Source: Archangium sp. (GTDB taxonomy: Bacteria; Myxococcota; Myxococcia; Myxococcales; Myxococcaceae). From it: 29,480 bases of DNA. Under the pieces are notes generated by a model. That model worked only from the letters and a program-made list of their open reading frames with translations. It searched no databases and was not told where the DNA came from. The number at the start of each line of letters is the position of its first letter. Position 1 is the stretch's first letter. The translations under genes and the position numbers were made by a program. This document shows positions 18,610 to 28,205 of this stretch, piece after piece. The stretch is taken from positions 1 to 29,480 of the forward strand of contig JANLPS010000459.1 in the NCBI GenBank assembly GCA_031367385.1, read 5' to 3'.

Positions 18610-19520
18610 TGTCAGCGCTCGCGATCAGCATCTCGCAGGTCAGCAAGCACTTCGGCTCGAAGATCGCCGTCAACGCGGTGTCATTCGACGTGGTGCAGGG
18701 CCATTGCTACGGGCTCATCGGCCCCAACGGCGCTGGCAAGACCACCACCTTCTCGATGATGTGCGGCTACCTCTTTCCCACCGCTGGGCAGATTCGGGTG
18801 ATGGGCGCCGACCCGACCGCGCCCGGAGCGCTGAAGAAGATCGTCGGCGTGCTGCCGCAAGACGCGATTCTGCCCCCGACTTGGCCTGTGGGCGCGCTGC
18901 TCACCTACCTGGGCAACTTGTCGGGCCTGCCGAACGCCGAAGCCGAGGCGCGATCGGCGCTCGACCGCGTGCAGCTGCCCGAGACGTGGAGCCTGCTCGC
19001 GGGGCAGCTCTCGCACGGCATGGCCAAGCGGGTGGCGATGGCGCAGGCGCTGATGGGCAGCCCTCCGGTGATCTTGCTCGATGAGCCGACCGCGGGCCTC
19101 GACCCGAAAATAGCGGCCGCGGTGCGCGGCATCATTCGCGACTTGAAGGGCAAGCACACGGTGGTGGTCTCGAGCCACAACCTGCAAGAGCTCGAGGAGC
19201 TCTGCGACGCCTCGGCGATTCTCGACAAGGGCAAGCTGGTCAGCGCGGCGACGATGGCCGAGATGACCGGTCAGAGCGCCGAGTTCAGAGTACAGATCGC
19301 CAAGGGCGCGGTGCCACTGGCCGAGATCAAAGCGCTGCCCGGGTGCCGTGATGCGCGGGTCGAAGAGAACAACGTGCTGATGGTGAACTTCGACGGCATG
19401 GCGGTGCAGCCCGAAGAGATCATCACGCGCGTGGTAGCCCTGCTCGCCGCGAAAAACTGTCTCATTCTGGGCGTCTGGAGAGGCAAGAGCCTCGAACACC
19501 GGGTGCTTCAGCTGACCTGA
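18609..19520 (+). CDS. ABC transporter ATP-binding protein
   Basis: Walker A GPNGAGKT, signature LSHGM, Walker B ILLDEP and H-loop SSH. The ATG overlaps the permease stop (TGATG). Confidence 0.95.
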   Translation: MSALAISISQVSKHFGSKIAVNAVSFDVVQGHCYGLIGPNGAGKTTTFSMMCGYLFPTAGQIRVMGADPTAPGALKKIVGVLPQDAILPPTWPVGALLTYLGNLSGLPNAEAEARSALDRVQLPETWSLLAGQLSHGMAKRVAMAQALMGSPPVILLDEPTAGLDPKIAAAVRGIIRDLKGKHTVVVSSHNLQELEELCDASAILDKGKLVSAATMAEMTGQSAEFRVQIAKGAVPLAEIKALPGCRDARVEENNVLMVNFDGMAVQPEEIITRVVALLAAKNCLILGVWRGKSLEHRVLQLT

Positions 19521-22500
19521 GCGGCGCGCACCACCGAGAGACCCGCGGCGGCGCCGTTGAGCACCTCGCGAACCTTGCGCAGCAGGGCATCGGGGGTGAA
19601 CGGTTTCTGCAGAAATGGCACTCCGGCTTCGAGCACTCCGTGGTGCACGATGGCGTCATCGGTGTAGCCCGAGGCGAAGAGCAGCTTCATTTCGGGCCGC
19701 AGCGGCGTCAGCAGCTCGGCCAACTTTCGGCCGCCCATGCGCGGCATGACCACGTCGGTGAGCAAGAGCTCAATGCGACCCTGGTATTCTTTCGAGATCA
19801 AAAACGCCTCGCCCGCATTCGAAGCGTCGAGCACGTGGTAGCCGTTGCGACGGAGAATCGCGCAGCTGACCACCCTCACCTGCTCTTCGTCTTCGACCAG
19901 CAAGATGGTCTCCGAGCCATGGAGCATCGCGGGGATCTCGGGCGTGGGGCTCGCGGCCTGAACGTCGCGCTCGGTGCGAGGTAGGTACACGGTGAAGGTG
20001 CTGCCTCGGCCGGGCTCGCTCTGCACGCCGATGTGGCCACCGCTCTGCTCGACGATTCCGAAGACGGTCGCCAGGCCCAGGCCAGTGCCCTTGCCGCGCT
20101 CTTTGGTCGTGAAGAAGGGCTCGAAGACGCGGGCGAGGGTCTGTTGGTTCATGCCGACGCCGGTGTCGGTGAAGGTGATCATCGCATACGAGCCGGGCGC
20201 GACGCCCAAGTGGCCGCTGGCGTAGCACGCGTCGAGCTCGACGTTGGCGGTCTCGACGGTGAATTGACCGCCCTCGGGCATCGCGTCTCGGGCGTTGACG
20301 GCGAGGTTCATCACCATCTGCTCAACCTGCCCGGGGTCTGCGAGCACGCGGCCGAGCCGAGCACCGGGCAAGGTCGTGAACTCGATGTCTTCACCGATTA
20401 GCCGGCTGAGCATGGCCTTCATGCCCGTGATGATCGCGTTGAGGTCGAGCACGCGCGGCTGAAGCACCTGTTGCCGGCTGAAGGTCAGCAGCTGCCGGGT
20501 CAAATCGGCAGCGCGCAGACCCGCTGACCTGATTTCTTCGAGGTCGGCCTGCATCGGGTCGCCCTCCTTGAGGTCTCCGATCGCAAGTGACGCGTAGCTG
20601 AGAATGACCGAGAGCAGATTGTTGAAATCATGGGCGACTCCTCCTGCCAGACGGCCCACGGCTTCCATCTTTTGGGCCTGGCGAAACTGTCCTTCGGTGC
20701 GGCGGAGCGCGGCCTCGGCGCGCCGCAGCGAGCTCAAGTCGCGGGCGATTCTCGAGACGCCGATGACCGAACCGGCCGCGTCGCGCATCGGAGAGACGGT
20801 CAGGGCGACCTCGACCCGGGTGCCATCTTTGCGGCAACACGTGGTTTCGAAGTGCGTGGCCTGCCCATCAGCACCGGCGGTGAGAATGCGCGCCTGTTTT
20901 TCTTCATGCTCGGGAACCGCCAACGCGAGAATCGACTGCCCAATCATCTCGTCGGCCGAGTACTGGTACAACTTCTGGGCGCCCGCGTTCCAACTGGTGA
21001 TGATGCCGTCGAGGGTGGTGCTCAAGACGGCGTCTTCGGTCGATTCGATGATCGACGCGAGGCGGGCGCGTGTCTCGTCTGCGCGGCGCTGGTCTGAGAC
21101 GTCAGTCACCATCGCGACGGCAGCTTCGAAGCGGCCCTCGGCGTCGAACAGGCTGTCGGTTTGAATCGAGACCCACATCGGGCTGCCGTCTTTGCGTCGG
21201 AGCACGAAATCAAAGTGATCGCCGACGTTGAGCACCCGCACCCGGCTCTCGAGGCGCGAAGTGATCTCGGCTCGCCGAGACTCGTCGATGAACTTGAAGA
21301 TCGGCTGACCGACCGCCTCCTCGACCGTGCACCCGAGCATTTGCGCCATGCGCGCACTCATGAAGGTCGTCACTCCGGCGACGTCGTACATCCACACACC
21401 CTCGGAGGTGTTCTCGATGATGCGGCGGTAGCGTTGTTCACTTTGTCGCAGCGCCTCGATCGCCTCGCGACTGTCGGTGATGTCTTGCACCGTGCCGATC
21501 ATGTGGGTCGCAATGCCGCCACTGTCGCGCTCGAAGACCGCGCGCTCGTGCACCCACCGCACGCGGCCATCAGGCTGAACCACCCGATGCTCGGAGTCGT
21601 ATGACTCGTGGCTTTCGCTGGCCTCGCTGACTTTTTGGCGAACCCGCTCGCGGTCGGCCGGGTGCACGCACCCGAAGAACGTCTCGACCGTCACCGGCTT
21701 GCCGACCGGGAGGCCGAAAATTCGGTAGCACTCCGGCGACCAACGCAGCGAGCCGTCGGCGCCGAGCCCCGAGGTCCAGCTCCCAACGTGGGCGATGGCC
21801 TGCGCTTCTTCGAGCCGAGTACTGCTCAGGTGCAGCTCAGCCTCGACCTGCTTGCGAATTGTGATGTCGCGATAACTGGTGACGATGGCCTGCACATCGG
21901 CGTCGGCGAGAAGGTTGGTCGAGAAACAATCGAACCAGACCAGCGACCCGTCGCGGTGGCGAACCCGAAACTCCATTCGAGTCTCGCGCTCACCGCGAGA
22001 CAGCATGCCGTCGAGGCCGGCGGCCACGCGCACCTGATCTTCGGGCACGATCAGCGAGCGCATGGTGCGCGCCTTCATCTCTTCTGCTGACCAGCCGATC
22101 AATCGCTGGGCGGAGGGCGTCAGGTGGCGGGTGGTGCCGTCTGCGGAGGTGAGGGAGATGGCGTCAGCACTCCGTTCGATCACCGCGCGAAAGAGGGCCT
22201 CGCTGCGGAGAAGTGCCTCTTGCGCGGCGGCGCTCGAGCCCAGATCGCGAAAGACCGAGAGCTGACGCCCGGGCGCCACGCTCAGCCTGGCGCTCAGCTC
22301 GACCTCACGCTTGGAGCCGTCAGGGCGACCAAGGGCGAGGCGCTCGCCCACCTCGGGGCGATGGCTGCTGAAAAAGCCGTCGAGGGTCGAGCCGAGCAGG
22401 CCGTGTTCGGGCACGCCGAAGAGGGCGCACGCGGCAGAATTGACCTCGACGAGTTGGCCCTCGTCGTCGGCGAGCATCATCGCGTCGCTCGAGCCACTGA

Positions 22501-22546
22501 AAATGGCTCGAAGCACCTGCTGGGTCTGCAAGGCAGTTGCGTCCAT
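19508..22546 (-). CDS. Cytoplasmic hybrid sensor histidine kinase (five PAS, HisKA, HATPase, REC)
   Basis: Five PAS/PAC units, AHDFNN H-box, NARDAM, DTGVGM, FEPFFTTK..GTGLGL and a receiver domain (LLVEDE, LLTDVVMP, KPF). The ATG at 22546 has GGGAG upstream. No TM segment. Confidence 0.95.
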   Translation of the reverse strand: MDATALQTQQVLRAIFSGSSDAMMLADDEGQLVEVNSAACALFGVPEHGLLGSTLDGFFSSHRPEVGERLALGRPDGSKREVELSARLSVAPGRQLSVFRDLGSSAAAQEALLRSEALFRAVIERSADAISLTSADGTTRHLTPSAQRLIGWSAEEMKARTMRSLIVPEDQVRVAAGLDGMLSRGERETRMEFRVRHRDGSLVWFDCFSTNLLADADVQAIVTSYRDITIRKQVEAELHLSSTRLEEAQAIAHVGSWTSGLGADGSLRWSPECYRIFGLPVGKPVTVETFFGCVHPADRERVRQKVSEASESHESYDSEHRVVQPDGRVRWVHERAVFERDSGGIATHMIGTVQDITDSREAIEALRQSEQRYRRIIENTSEGVWMYDVAGVTTFMSARMAQMLGCTVEEAVGQPIFKFIDESRRAEITSRLESRVRVLNVGDHFDFVLRRKDGSPMWVSIQTDSLFDAEGRFEAAVAMVTDVSDQRRADETRARLASIIESTEDAVLSTTLDGIITSWNAGAQKLYQYSADEMIGQSILALAVPEHEEKQARILTAGADGQATHFETTCCRKDGTRVEVALTVSPMRDAAGSVIGVSRIARDLSSLRRAEAALRRTEGQFRQAQKMEAVGRLAGGVAHDFNNLLSVILSYASLAIGDLKEGDPMQADLEEIRSAGLRAADLTRQLLTFSRQQVLQPRVLDLNAIITGMKAMLSRLIGEDIEFTTLPGARLGRVLADPGQVEQMVMNLAVNARDAMPEGGQFTVETANVELDACYASGHLGVAPGSYAMITFTDTGVGMNQQTLARVFEPFFTTKERGKGTGLGLATVFGIVEQSGGHIGVQSEPGRGSTFTVYLPRTERDVQAASPTPEIPAMLHGSETILLVEDEEQVRVVSCAILRRNGYHVLDASNAGEAFLISKEYQGRIELLLTDVVMPRMGGRKLAELLTPLRPEMKLLFASGYTDDAIVHHGVLEAGVPFLQKPFTPDALLRKVREVLNGAAAGLSVVRAAQVS

Positions 22547-22612
22547 TCGACTCCCGTGACGGTCGGTCGCTCGCAACGGCCTGATTTCGGGCCCTGATGG
22601 TGATGTATGAGC

Positions 22613-22640
22613 TGCCCGGCTCGCGAACCGATACCGGGCA
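22613..22640. other. Intergenic GC-rich hairpin
   Basis: TGCCCGG-14 nt-CCGGGCA between the PilZ gene and the kinase gene, with no U-tract. Confidence 0.3.
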
Positions 22641-22712
22641 CTCGCTTCGTAGCACGCTGGGAGCGACTCGACCGTCTGACCGAGCAGGTCGAAAGCGGAG
22701 GTCGCGGCAGAC

Positions 22713-23609
22713 TTAGTCGACGTAGAACAACGGGTCGCGCTGCTCGATGAATGCGCGAATGGCCTGCTGACCCGTTTCGTCGAGGTCGGCGAACTGAATG
22801 CCCAGCCCGGGGTAGCTCGAGGGGTCTTTGTCGTTGACCTCCCGAATCCACCGAACGATGCCGAGGGCCTTGATTCGCTCGCCCGTCGGCAAGCTGAACG
22901 ACAAATCGACCTGGGTGCCTTTGGGCATGTAGTCGACCGTCGCGATGAACAGCCCGCCGTCAGAGATGTTCGCCGAGAAACCCGAGAAGAAGTTGTCGTC
23001 TGACGTCATGTCGACCGCCGCCTGCATCTGCACCCGCTGCGACCCACGCTTCACGTCGGCGCCAGCGGCTTTGGGCGGGGGCGGCGGCACCGGCACGGCC
23101 GGCATCAGCTGCGTCTTCGGCTGCACCCGTTTGAGCGCTGGCGGCACCGCGGTCGCCTTCGGCTCGATGAGCAGCTCACCCGTCTCGACCTCTTCGAGGC
23201 TCGCGCGGGCTTTCTTCATCTTCGACACCAGCCCCTGCGCCGCCTGCTCGTCGTTCAAGATCTGCGCGTTGAGGGCGCTAAGCTGCTGCTTCCACTCCGA
23301 GACGGCCTCGCGCACCTGGTGGTTGGCCTGGGCCCGGGCCGCCACCGCCGCCGCGCGCTCTTTTCGGGCACGGGCGAGCACCGTTTCGGTCTCGAGCGGG
23401 GGGAGCGTGATACCGTTGACCCGCTTTGCCAGCGAAGGGTCTTGATGGCCCGCAATCGCGGCCTCGGCGAGCGCCGCGCGCACCGACTTCACCTTGCGAT
23501 CGAACTCGGTGGCCGCAGCCATCATTCGGGTGATTTCGCTCGCGAGCGCCGCTTCATCATTCGCAAGCTCGTTCTCGTGACGGCTCAGCTCTTGGTCCCG
23601 CTCAGTCAT
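22713..23609 (-). CDS. Coiled-coil protein with C-terminal PilZ-type (TIGR02266-like) domain
   Basis: ATG at 23609 with a GGGAG RBS. N-terminal helical coiled coil and Pro-rich linker, then RGSQR (RxxxR), NISDGGLFIAT, VRWIRE and GLGIQF. Confidence 0.88.
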   Translation of the reverse strand: MTERDQELSRHENELANDEAALASEITRMMAAATEFDRKVKSVRAALAEAAIAGHQDPSLAKRVNGITLPPLETETVLARARKERAAAVAARAQANHQVREAVSEWKQQLSALNAQILNDEQAAQGLVSKMKKARASLEEVETGELLIEPKATAVPPALKRVQPKTQLMPAVPVPPPPPKAAGADVKRGSQRVQMQAAVDMTSDDNFFSGFSANISDGGLFIATVDYMPKGTQVDLSFSLPTGERIKALGIVRWIREVNDKDPSSYPGLGIQFADLDETGQQAIRAFIEQRDPLFYVD

Positions 23610-23757
23610 GGGGTACTCCCTCGCCTGCGTCGCTGCGCTGCCCATTCGTGCGTTCTCCCCGACAACAGTGAGCGCGCTCGATTTGCAGCAGACGTGCCGC
23701 ACTGTACCAATCGGGTTTCACACCGCAGCTGATCAATTCGGGGTGGGCCAATCGCCC

Positions 23758-24000
23758 TCACCGGGGTCGCGGCGACCCTCGTGCGATGACCGCTTGAAGC
23801 CCCCTACCGCTGGCCACCTGTACGAGGAGGTGGCCTGTCACTTCGACGAACGCCCGGAGATCACCCAAAGCCGCAGGGTCGTCGGCCCAAAGCTCGACGC
23901 GCTCGGCGACTTTCAGGGCCTTGGCGAGCTCGATGATCGGCACCGGGCAGGCCTTGCCCCGGGCATCGACCAGCAGCGCTGAAACTTCGAGTTGAGTCAT
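23758..24000 (-). CDS. TusA/SirA-family sulfurtransferase-like protein
   Basis: 80 aa with VDARGKACPVP (CPxP) and ADDPAALGDLRAF. Confidence 0.88.
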   Translation of the reverse strand: MTQLEVSALLVDARGKACPVPIIELAKALKVAERVELWADDPAALGDLRAFVEVTGHLLVQVASGRGLQAVIARGSPRPR

Positions 24001-24016
24001 GTCACGATCTGCTGCA

Positions 24017-24072
24017 TTGCGCGGGGTCGCTCGGCTTTGTATGAGACGCCCGCGTTCGTAATTCCAAAGGAG
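24017..24072 (+). promoter_or_regulatory. Putative sigma70-type promoter and RBS of the DsbA-like gene
   Basis: TTGCGC (24017-24022), a 17-bp spacer ending in TG, TATGAG (24040-24045) and AAGGAG (24067-24072). Confidence 0.45.
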
Positions 24073-24083
24073 CAGAACTACTC

Positions 24084-26042
24084 ATGAAACCTTCAGTCAT
24101 CATCGCCCTCGTGGTCGGCGGGGTCGTCGGCTTTGCCGTCGGCAACGTCTTCCGCTCGTCATCTGGCAGCACTGGTACTGCCGTAGTGGCGCCCTCGGGC
24201 AACCCGCAGGCTCGAGCAGCCGCAGCGCCTGGCCAAGATAGCATCTTCAAAGTTCCCCTCGAGCAGTCAGCGATTCTCGGCAAGGGCGATGCGCTGGTCA
24301 CCGTGGTTGAGTTCTCAGACTACCAGTGCCCGTTCTGCAGCCGCGCCCACGTCACCGTACAGCAGCTCGAAAAAGACTACGGCGACAAGATTCGCGTGGT
24401 GATGAAGCAGAACCCGCTGCCCTTTCACGATCGCGCGAAGCCGTCGGCCCAGGCCGCCCTCGCCGCAGGTGAGCAAGGCAAGTTCTGGGAGATGCACGAC
24501 AAGATGTTCGCCAATCAGCAGAACCTCCAAGAAGCGAACCTCGAGCAGTACGCCCGCGACATCGGCTTGAACGTCGACAAGTGGAAGGCCGACATGGGGA
24601 GCGCGAAGGTGGCCGCGCAGATCGAGCAAGAGCAGAAGCTCGCGGCGTCGTTGGGTGCCACGGGCACTCCGGCGTTCTTCATCAATGGCCGTAAGCTCTC
24701 GGGCGCGCAGCCGGTTGACGCCTTCAAGAAGATCATCGACGAAGAGATGGCCAAGGCGCAGCAGATGGTCGCCTCGGGCACCTCGGCCGACAAGGTCTAC
24801 GCCCGGGTGATTGAGAACGGCGTCACCGCGCCTCCCCCGGCGGCGCCCTCGGCTCCGTCAGCGCCTTCAGCGCCTGCTCCGTCGGCGATTCGCAAGATCG
24901 ACGTGCCGGCCGACTCGCCAGCGCGGGGTGCGAAGTACGCGAAGGTCACCATCGTCGAGTGGTCTGACTTTCAGTGCCCGTTCTGCGGCCGGGTCGCGCC
25001 GACCCTGAAGCAGATTGAAGACACCTACGGCAAAGACGTGAAGATCGTCTTTCGCCAGCAGCCGCTACCGTTTCACAACAATGCCAAGCCGGCGGCCGAG
25101 GCCTCGTTGGCGGCGCACGAGCAGGGCAAGTTCTGGCCGTACCACGACAAGCTCTTCGCCAATCAGCAGGCGCTCGATCGCGCGTCGCTCGAGAAGTATG
25201 CCTCTGAGCTGGGTCTCGACATGGGCAAGTTCAAGGCGGCCCTCGACTCGAACAAGTTCACCAAGGCGGTCGAGGCCGACTCGGCCGCGGGCATGGCGGC
25301 GGGCGCGAATGGCACTCCGACGTTCTTCATCAACGGCCGTGAGCTCGTGGGCGCGCAGCCCTTCGAGGCCTTCAAGTCGGCGATCGACGACGAGCTCAAG
25401 AAGGCCGACGCGGTGATGGCCAAGGGCGTGAAGCTCGAGAACGTGTACGCCGAGTTGCAGAAGAATGCGGGCTCGGCGCCGCCTCCTGGGCAGGCTGAAG
25501 AGGCCAAGGTGCTCGGCCCCAACGACCTGAACATCGTCGGAGCCCCAGTGAAGGGCCCGAAGAACGCCCCGGTCACCATCGTGGCGTTCTCTGACTTTCA
25601 GTGCCCCTTCTGCAGCCGGGTCGTGCCGACCCTGAAGGAGATCGAGAAGCAGTACGAGGGCAAGGTGAAGATCGCCTTCAAGAACCAGCCGCTGCCGTTT
25701 CACAACAACGCGCGCGGTGCCGCGGCGGCCGGCCTGGCTGCCAACGAGCAGGGCAAGTTCTGGGAGATGCACGACAAGATGTTCGCCAACCAGCAAGCCC
25801 TCGATCGCGCGTCGCTCGAGAAGTACGCGTCGGAGATCGGCCTCGACATGGGCAAGTTCAAGGCGGCGCTCGATTCGAACAAGTTCGAGTCGGTGATCGC
25901 GGCTGACTCGGCCGAGGGCGCGAAGGTCGGAGCGAATGGGACTCCGACGTTCTTCATCAATGGGCGGCAGGTGGTTGGTGCGCAGCCGATTGAGTCGTTC
26001 AAGACGATCATCGACGACGAGTTGGCGAAGAAGAAGAAGTAA
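24084..26042 (+). CDS. Triple-domain DsbA/thioredoxin-fold oxidoreductase with N-terminal anchor
   Basis: Three repeats of [FW]SD[YF]QCPFC ... PLPFH ... GTP[AT]FFING, an N-terminal hydrophobic helix and Pro/Ala linkers. Confidence 0.93.
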   Translation: MKPSVIIALVVGGVVGFAVGNVFRSSSGSTGTAVVAPSGNPQARAAAAPGQDSIFKVPLEQSAILGKGDALVTVVEFSDYQCPFCSRAHVTVQQLEKDYGDKIRVVMKQNPLPFHDRAKPSAQAALAAGEQGKFWEMHDKMFANQQNLQEANLEQYARDIGLNVDKWKADMGSAKVAAQIEQEQKLAASLGATGTPAFFINGRKLSGAQPVDAFKKIIDEEMAKAQQMVASGTSADKVYARVIENGVTAPPPAAPSAPSAPSAPAPSAIRKIDVPADSPARGAKYAKVTIVEWSDFQCPFCGRVAPTLKQIEDTYGKDVKIVFRQQPLPFHNNAKPAAEASLAAHEQGKFWPYHDKLFANQQALDRASLEKYASELGLDMGKFKAALDSNKFTKAVEADSAAGMAAGANGTPTFFINGRELVGAQPFEAFKSAIDDELKKADAVMAKGVKLENVYAELQKNAGSAPPPGQAEEAKVLGPNDLNIVGAPVKGPKNAPVTIVAFSDFQCPFCSRVVPTLKEIEKQYEGKVKIAFKNQPLPFHNNARGAAAAGLAANEQGKFWEMHDKMFANQQALDRASLEKYASEIGLDMGKFKAALDSNKFESVIAADSAEGAKVGANGTPTFFINGRQVVGAQPIESFKTIIDDELAKKKK

Positions 26043-26062
26043 GCCTTCCTCAGCTTGAGTTC

Positions 26063-26101
26063 AAAACGGGGGTCACTCGCTCGAGTGGCTCCCGTTTTTT
26101 T
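26063..26101. terminator. Bidirectional rho-independent terminator
   Basis: AAAACGGGGGTCACTCG-CT-CGAGTGGCTCCCGTTTTTTT between the convergent DsbA-like and kinase genes, with a T-run on the plus strand and an A-run on the left. Confidence 0.88.
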
Positions 26102-28150
26102 CTATTCGAAGTCGACGGCGACGCGGGTGACCTTGTTGGCCTCGACCTTGACGCTCTTGGTGACCGACTTCTCGAGCTTGGTGCTGGTGAAGGTGCACTT
26201 GTAGTCGCCCGCCGCCATCTTCTGGTCTTTGAACGGCGTCTCGCCGAACTCCCACTCGCCGCACTGCACGATGGCCGAGCCCGGCGTCACCAAAAACCGA
26301 ACGATGCCCACCGCCTTGCTGCCATCGAGCACCGGGTTCTTGCGAGTCGGGTCTTTCTTCAGGGCCTTCAGCTCGTAGATGTGCGGCTCGGCGTCTGCCG
26401 TCACCGTGAACGTGTCAGAAATGGTCAAATACCCAGCCATTTCAACGCGAATCGAGACCGACTTGCCGACGTCGCGCTCGATGAAGAGCGGCAGCGTGCC
26501 CGTGGTGCCGTCAGCCAGAAACACCACCGTCGCGCCCGAGGGCCGTGAGCCCAGCTCAATCGACACCTTGGTCGCTGCCTTCGGCCCCTTGGGTATCACC
26601 ACGTCTTCTTCGCGGGTCAGGCTGAAGGGCAGCGTCACTTCGCCCTTGGTCGGTATCGCGATGTTGGTCTCGAAGGGCGTGTACCCCCGCTTTGAAACGA
26701 CCAGCGAATAGGTGCCTGGGGGGCTGTCGGGCAGCTGACACGGCGTCTCGCAGGCAAGGTCGGTCTCAGCGAAGCGCACCTGGGCCCCGCTCGGGTCAGA
26801 GGTCACCCGCACATGAGCGCGCGGCGGCTTGAGCACGATCAGCGCGCCCACCACCACGATGACGGCCAGCGCAATCGCCGCGGCGATAGGCCACCAGGCT
26901 CGGCGAGGCACGGTGCCATCTTTCTGCGTGCGCATGCTCAGGTCATCAGGCCCCGGCTGCGCGGGGGGCGGCGGCGGCAGCCTCACCACCTGCTGCAGCC
27001 TCGGCTTCGAGCGCGCCTTCGGGGGCGGCGGCTGCGCAGGCCGTTGCGGCGGAGGCTCAGCGGCGGTCACCTCCAGCGGCTGGGTCTGCTCCCGCAGCGA
27101 ACGGGTCGGCTTCACCTCGCGCCCGGGGGTCTGTTGGCGCAGCTCCTTCTCGATCTCAGCCTGGTTCGCGCTGTCGGCGGTGCTCTCGCTGAAGAGCAGC
27201 TTGCCCTCTTCAGCCTCGCGCATCAGGCGGTCGGCGTAGATCTCTTGCATGAACGACGCGAGGTGCGCCGATGACGACGGTATTTTCTCGGCCAGCAGCC
27301 AATCTTCGAGCGCCGAGCCAAATAACCGCGCCTCGCCGTAGCGATCATTGCGCTCTTTGGTCAGCGCCTTGAGCACGATGGCGTCGACGGCTTTCGGTAC
27401 CCGCGGGTTGACCTCCGAGGGCGGCAGCACCTTGCATTCGCTGACCGCGTTGAGGGTCTGAATGTCGGTGCCGCGCTTGAACAGGCGGGTGCCGGTAAGC
27501 AGCTCGTACATCACGACGCCGAGCGCGAAGATGTCGGTGCGGTGATCGATTTGCCGGGCACCGGCGGCCTGCTCCGGCGACATGTAGGAGTACTTGCCCT
27601 TGAGCACCCCCGACCGGGTGACGGTGGCCTGGTCAGCGGCCTTGGCGATGCCGAAATCGACGACCTTCACCCCGCCTTCGAACGAGACCAGAATGTTCTG
27701 CGGCGAGATGTCGCGGTGCACGATGTTGAGCGGGCCCCCGCGCGGGTCGGTTCGCTTGTGCGCGTAGTCGAGCCCGGTCGCCGCCTCGATGATGATGCGG
27801 CAGATGAGCGGCACCGGCAGCATGTGGTTGACCCGCTCCGACTGCTTCCACAGTCTGCGCACGTCTTCACCGTGGATGTATTCCATCGCGATGAAGAAGG
27901 TCTCGTCTTGCGAGCCCAGGTCGAAGATCTGAACGATGTTGGGGTGATTGAGGCGGGCCGCGATTCGGGCCTCGTCCAAAAACATGGTGATGAAGTCTTC
28001 GTTCTCGGCCAGGTGCGGCAGAATTCGCTTCACCACCATCAACTTCTCGAAGCCTTCGAGACCGAGCTGCCGCGCGAGGTAGATCTGGGCCATGCCCCCG
28101 GTGGCGAGCTTCTTGACCAGCTGGTATCGGCCGTAAGTCTCGATCGACAC
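26102..28150 (-). CDS. Membrane Ser/Thr protein kinase with extracytoplasmic PEGA-like domains
   Basis: LATGGMAQIY, VVKRI, HRDISPQN, DFGIAK and YMSPEQ, then a Pro-rich linker, a single TM (WWPIAAAIALAVIVVVGALIVL) and VTSDPSGAQV / SRPSGATV repeats. Confidence 0.95.
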   Translation of the reverse strand: MSIETYGRYQLVKKLATGGMAQIYLARQLGLEGFEKLMVVKRILPHLAENEDFITMFLDEARIAARLNHPNIVQIFDLGSQDETFFIAMEYIHGEDVRRLWKQSERVNHMLPVPLICRIIIEAATGLDYAHKRTDPRGGPLNIVHRDISPQNILVSFEGGVKVVDFGIAKAADQATVTRSGVLKGKYSYMSPEQAAGARQIDHRTDIFALGVVMYELLTGTRLFKRGTDIQTLNAVSECKVLPPSEVNPRVPKAVDAIVLKALTKERNDRYGEARLFGSALEDWLLAEKIPSSSAHLASFMQEIYADRLMREAEEGKLLFSESTADSANQAEIEKELRQQTPGREVKPTRSLREQTQPLEVTAAEPPPQRPAQPPPPKARSKPRLQQVVRLPPPPPAQPGPDDLSMRTQKDGTVPRRAWWPIAAAIALAVIVVVGALIVLKPPRAHVRVTSDPSGAQVRFAETDLACETPCQLPDSPPGTYSLVVSKRGYTPFETNIAIPTKGEVTLPFSLTREEDVVIPKGPKAATKVSIELGSRPSGATVVFLADGTTGTLPLFIERDVGKSVSIRVEMAGYLTISDTFTVTADAEPHIYELKALKKDPTRKNPVLDGSKAVGIVRFLVTPGSAIVQCGEWEFGETPFKDQKMAAGDYKCTFTSTKLEKSVTKSVKVEANKVTRVAVDFE

Positions 28151-28205
28151 GTGGACTCAAGGCCTCACAATCGGCCTCTCGAGGTGTGGAAACGTGGTCA
28201 CCGTA

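Noticed and set aside
19007..19021. LSHGM ABC signature as a sign of an inactive ATPase
   Set aside because: Walker A, Walker B (DE) and the H-loop are intact, and LSxGM variants are common in ABC-2-associated ATPases.
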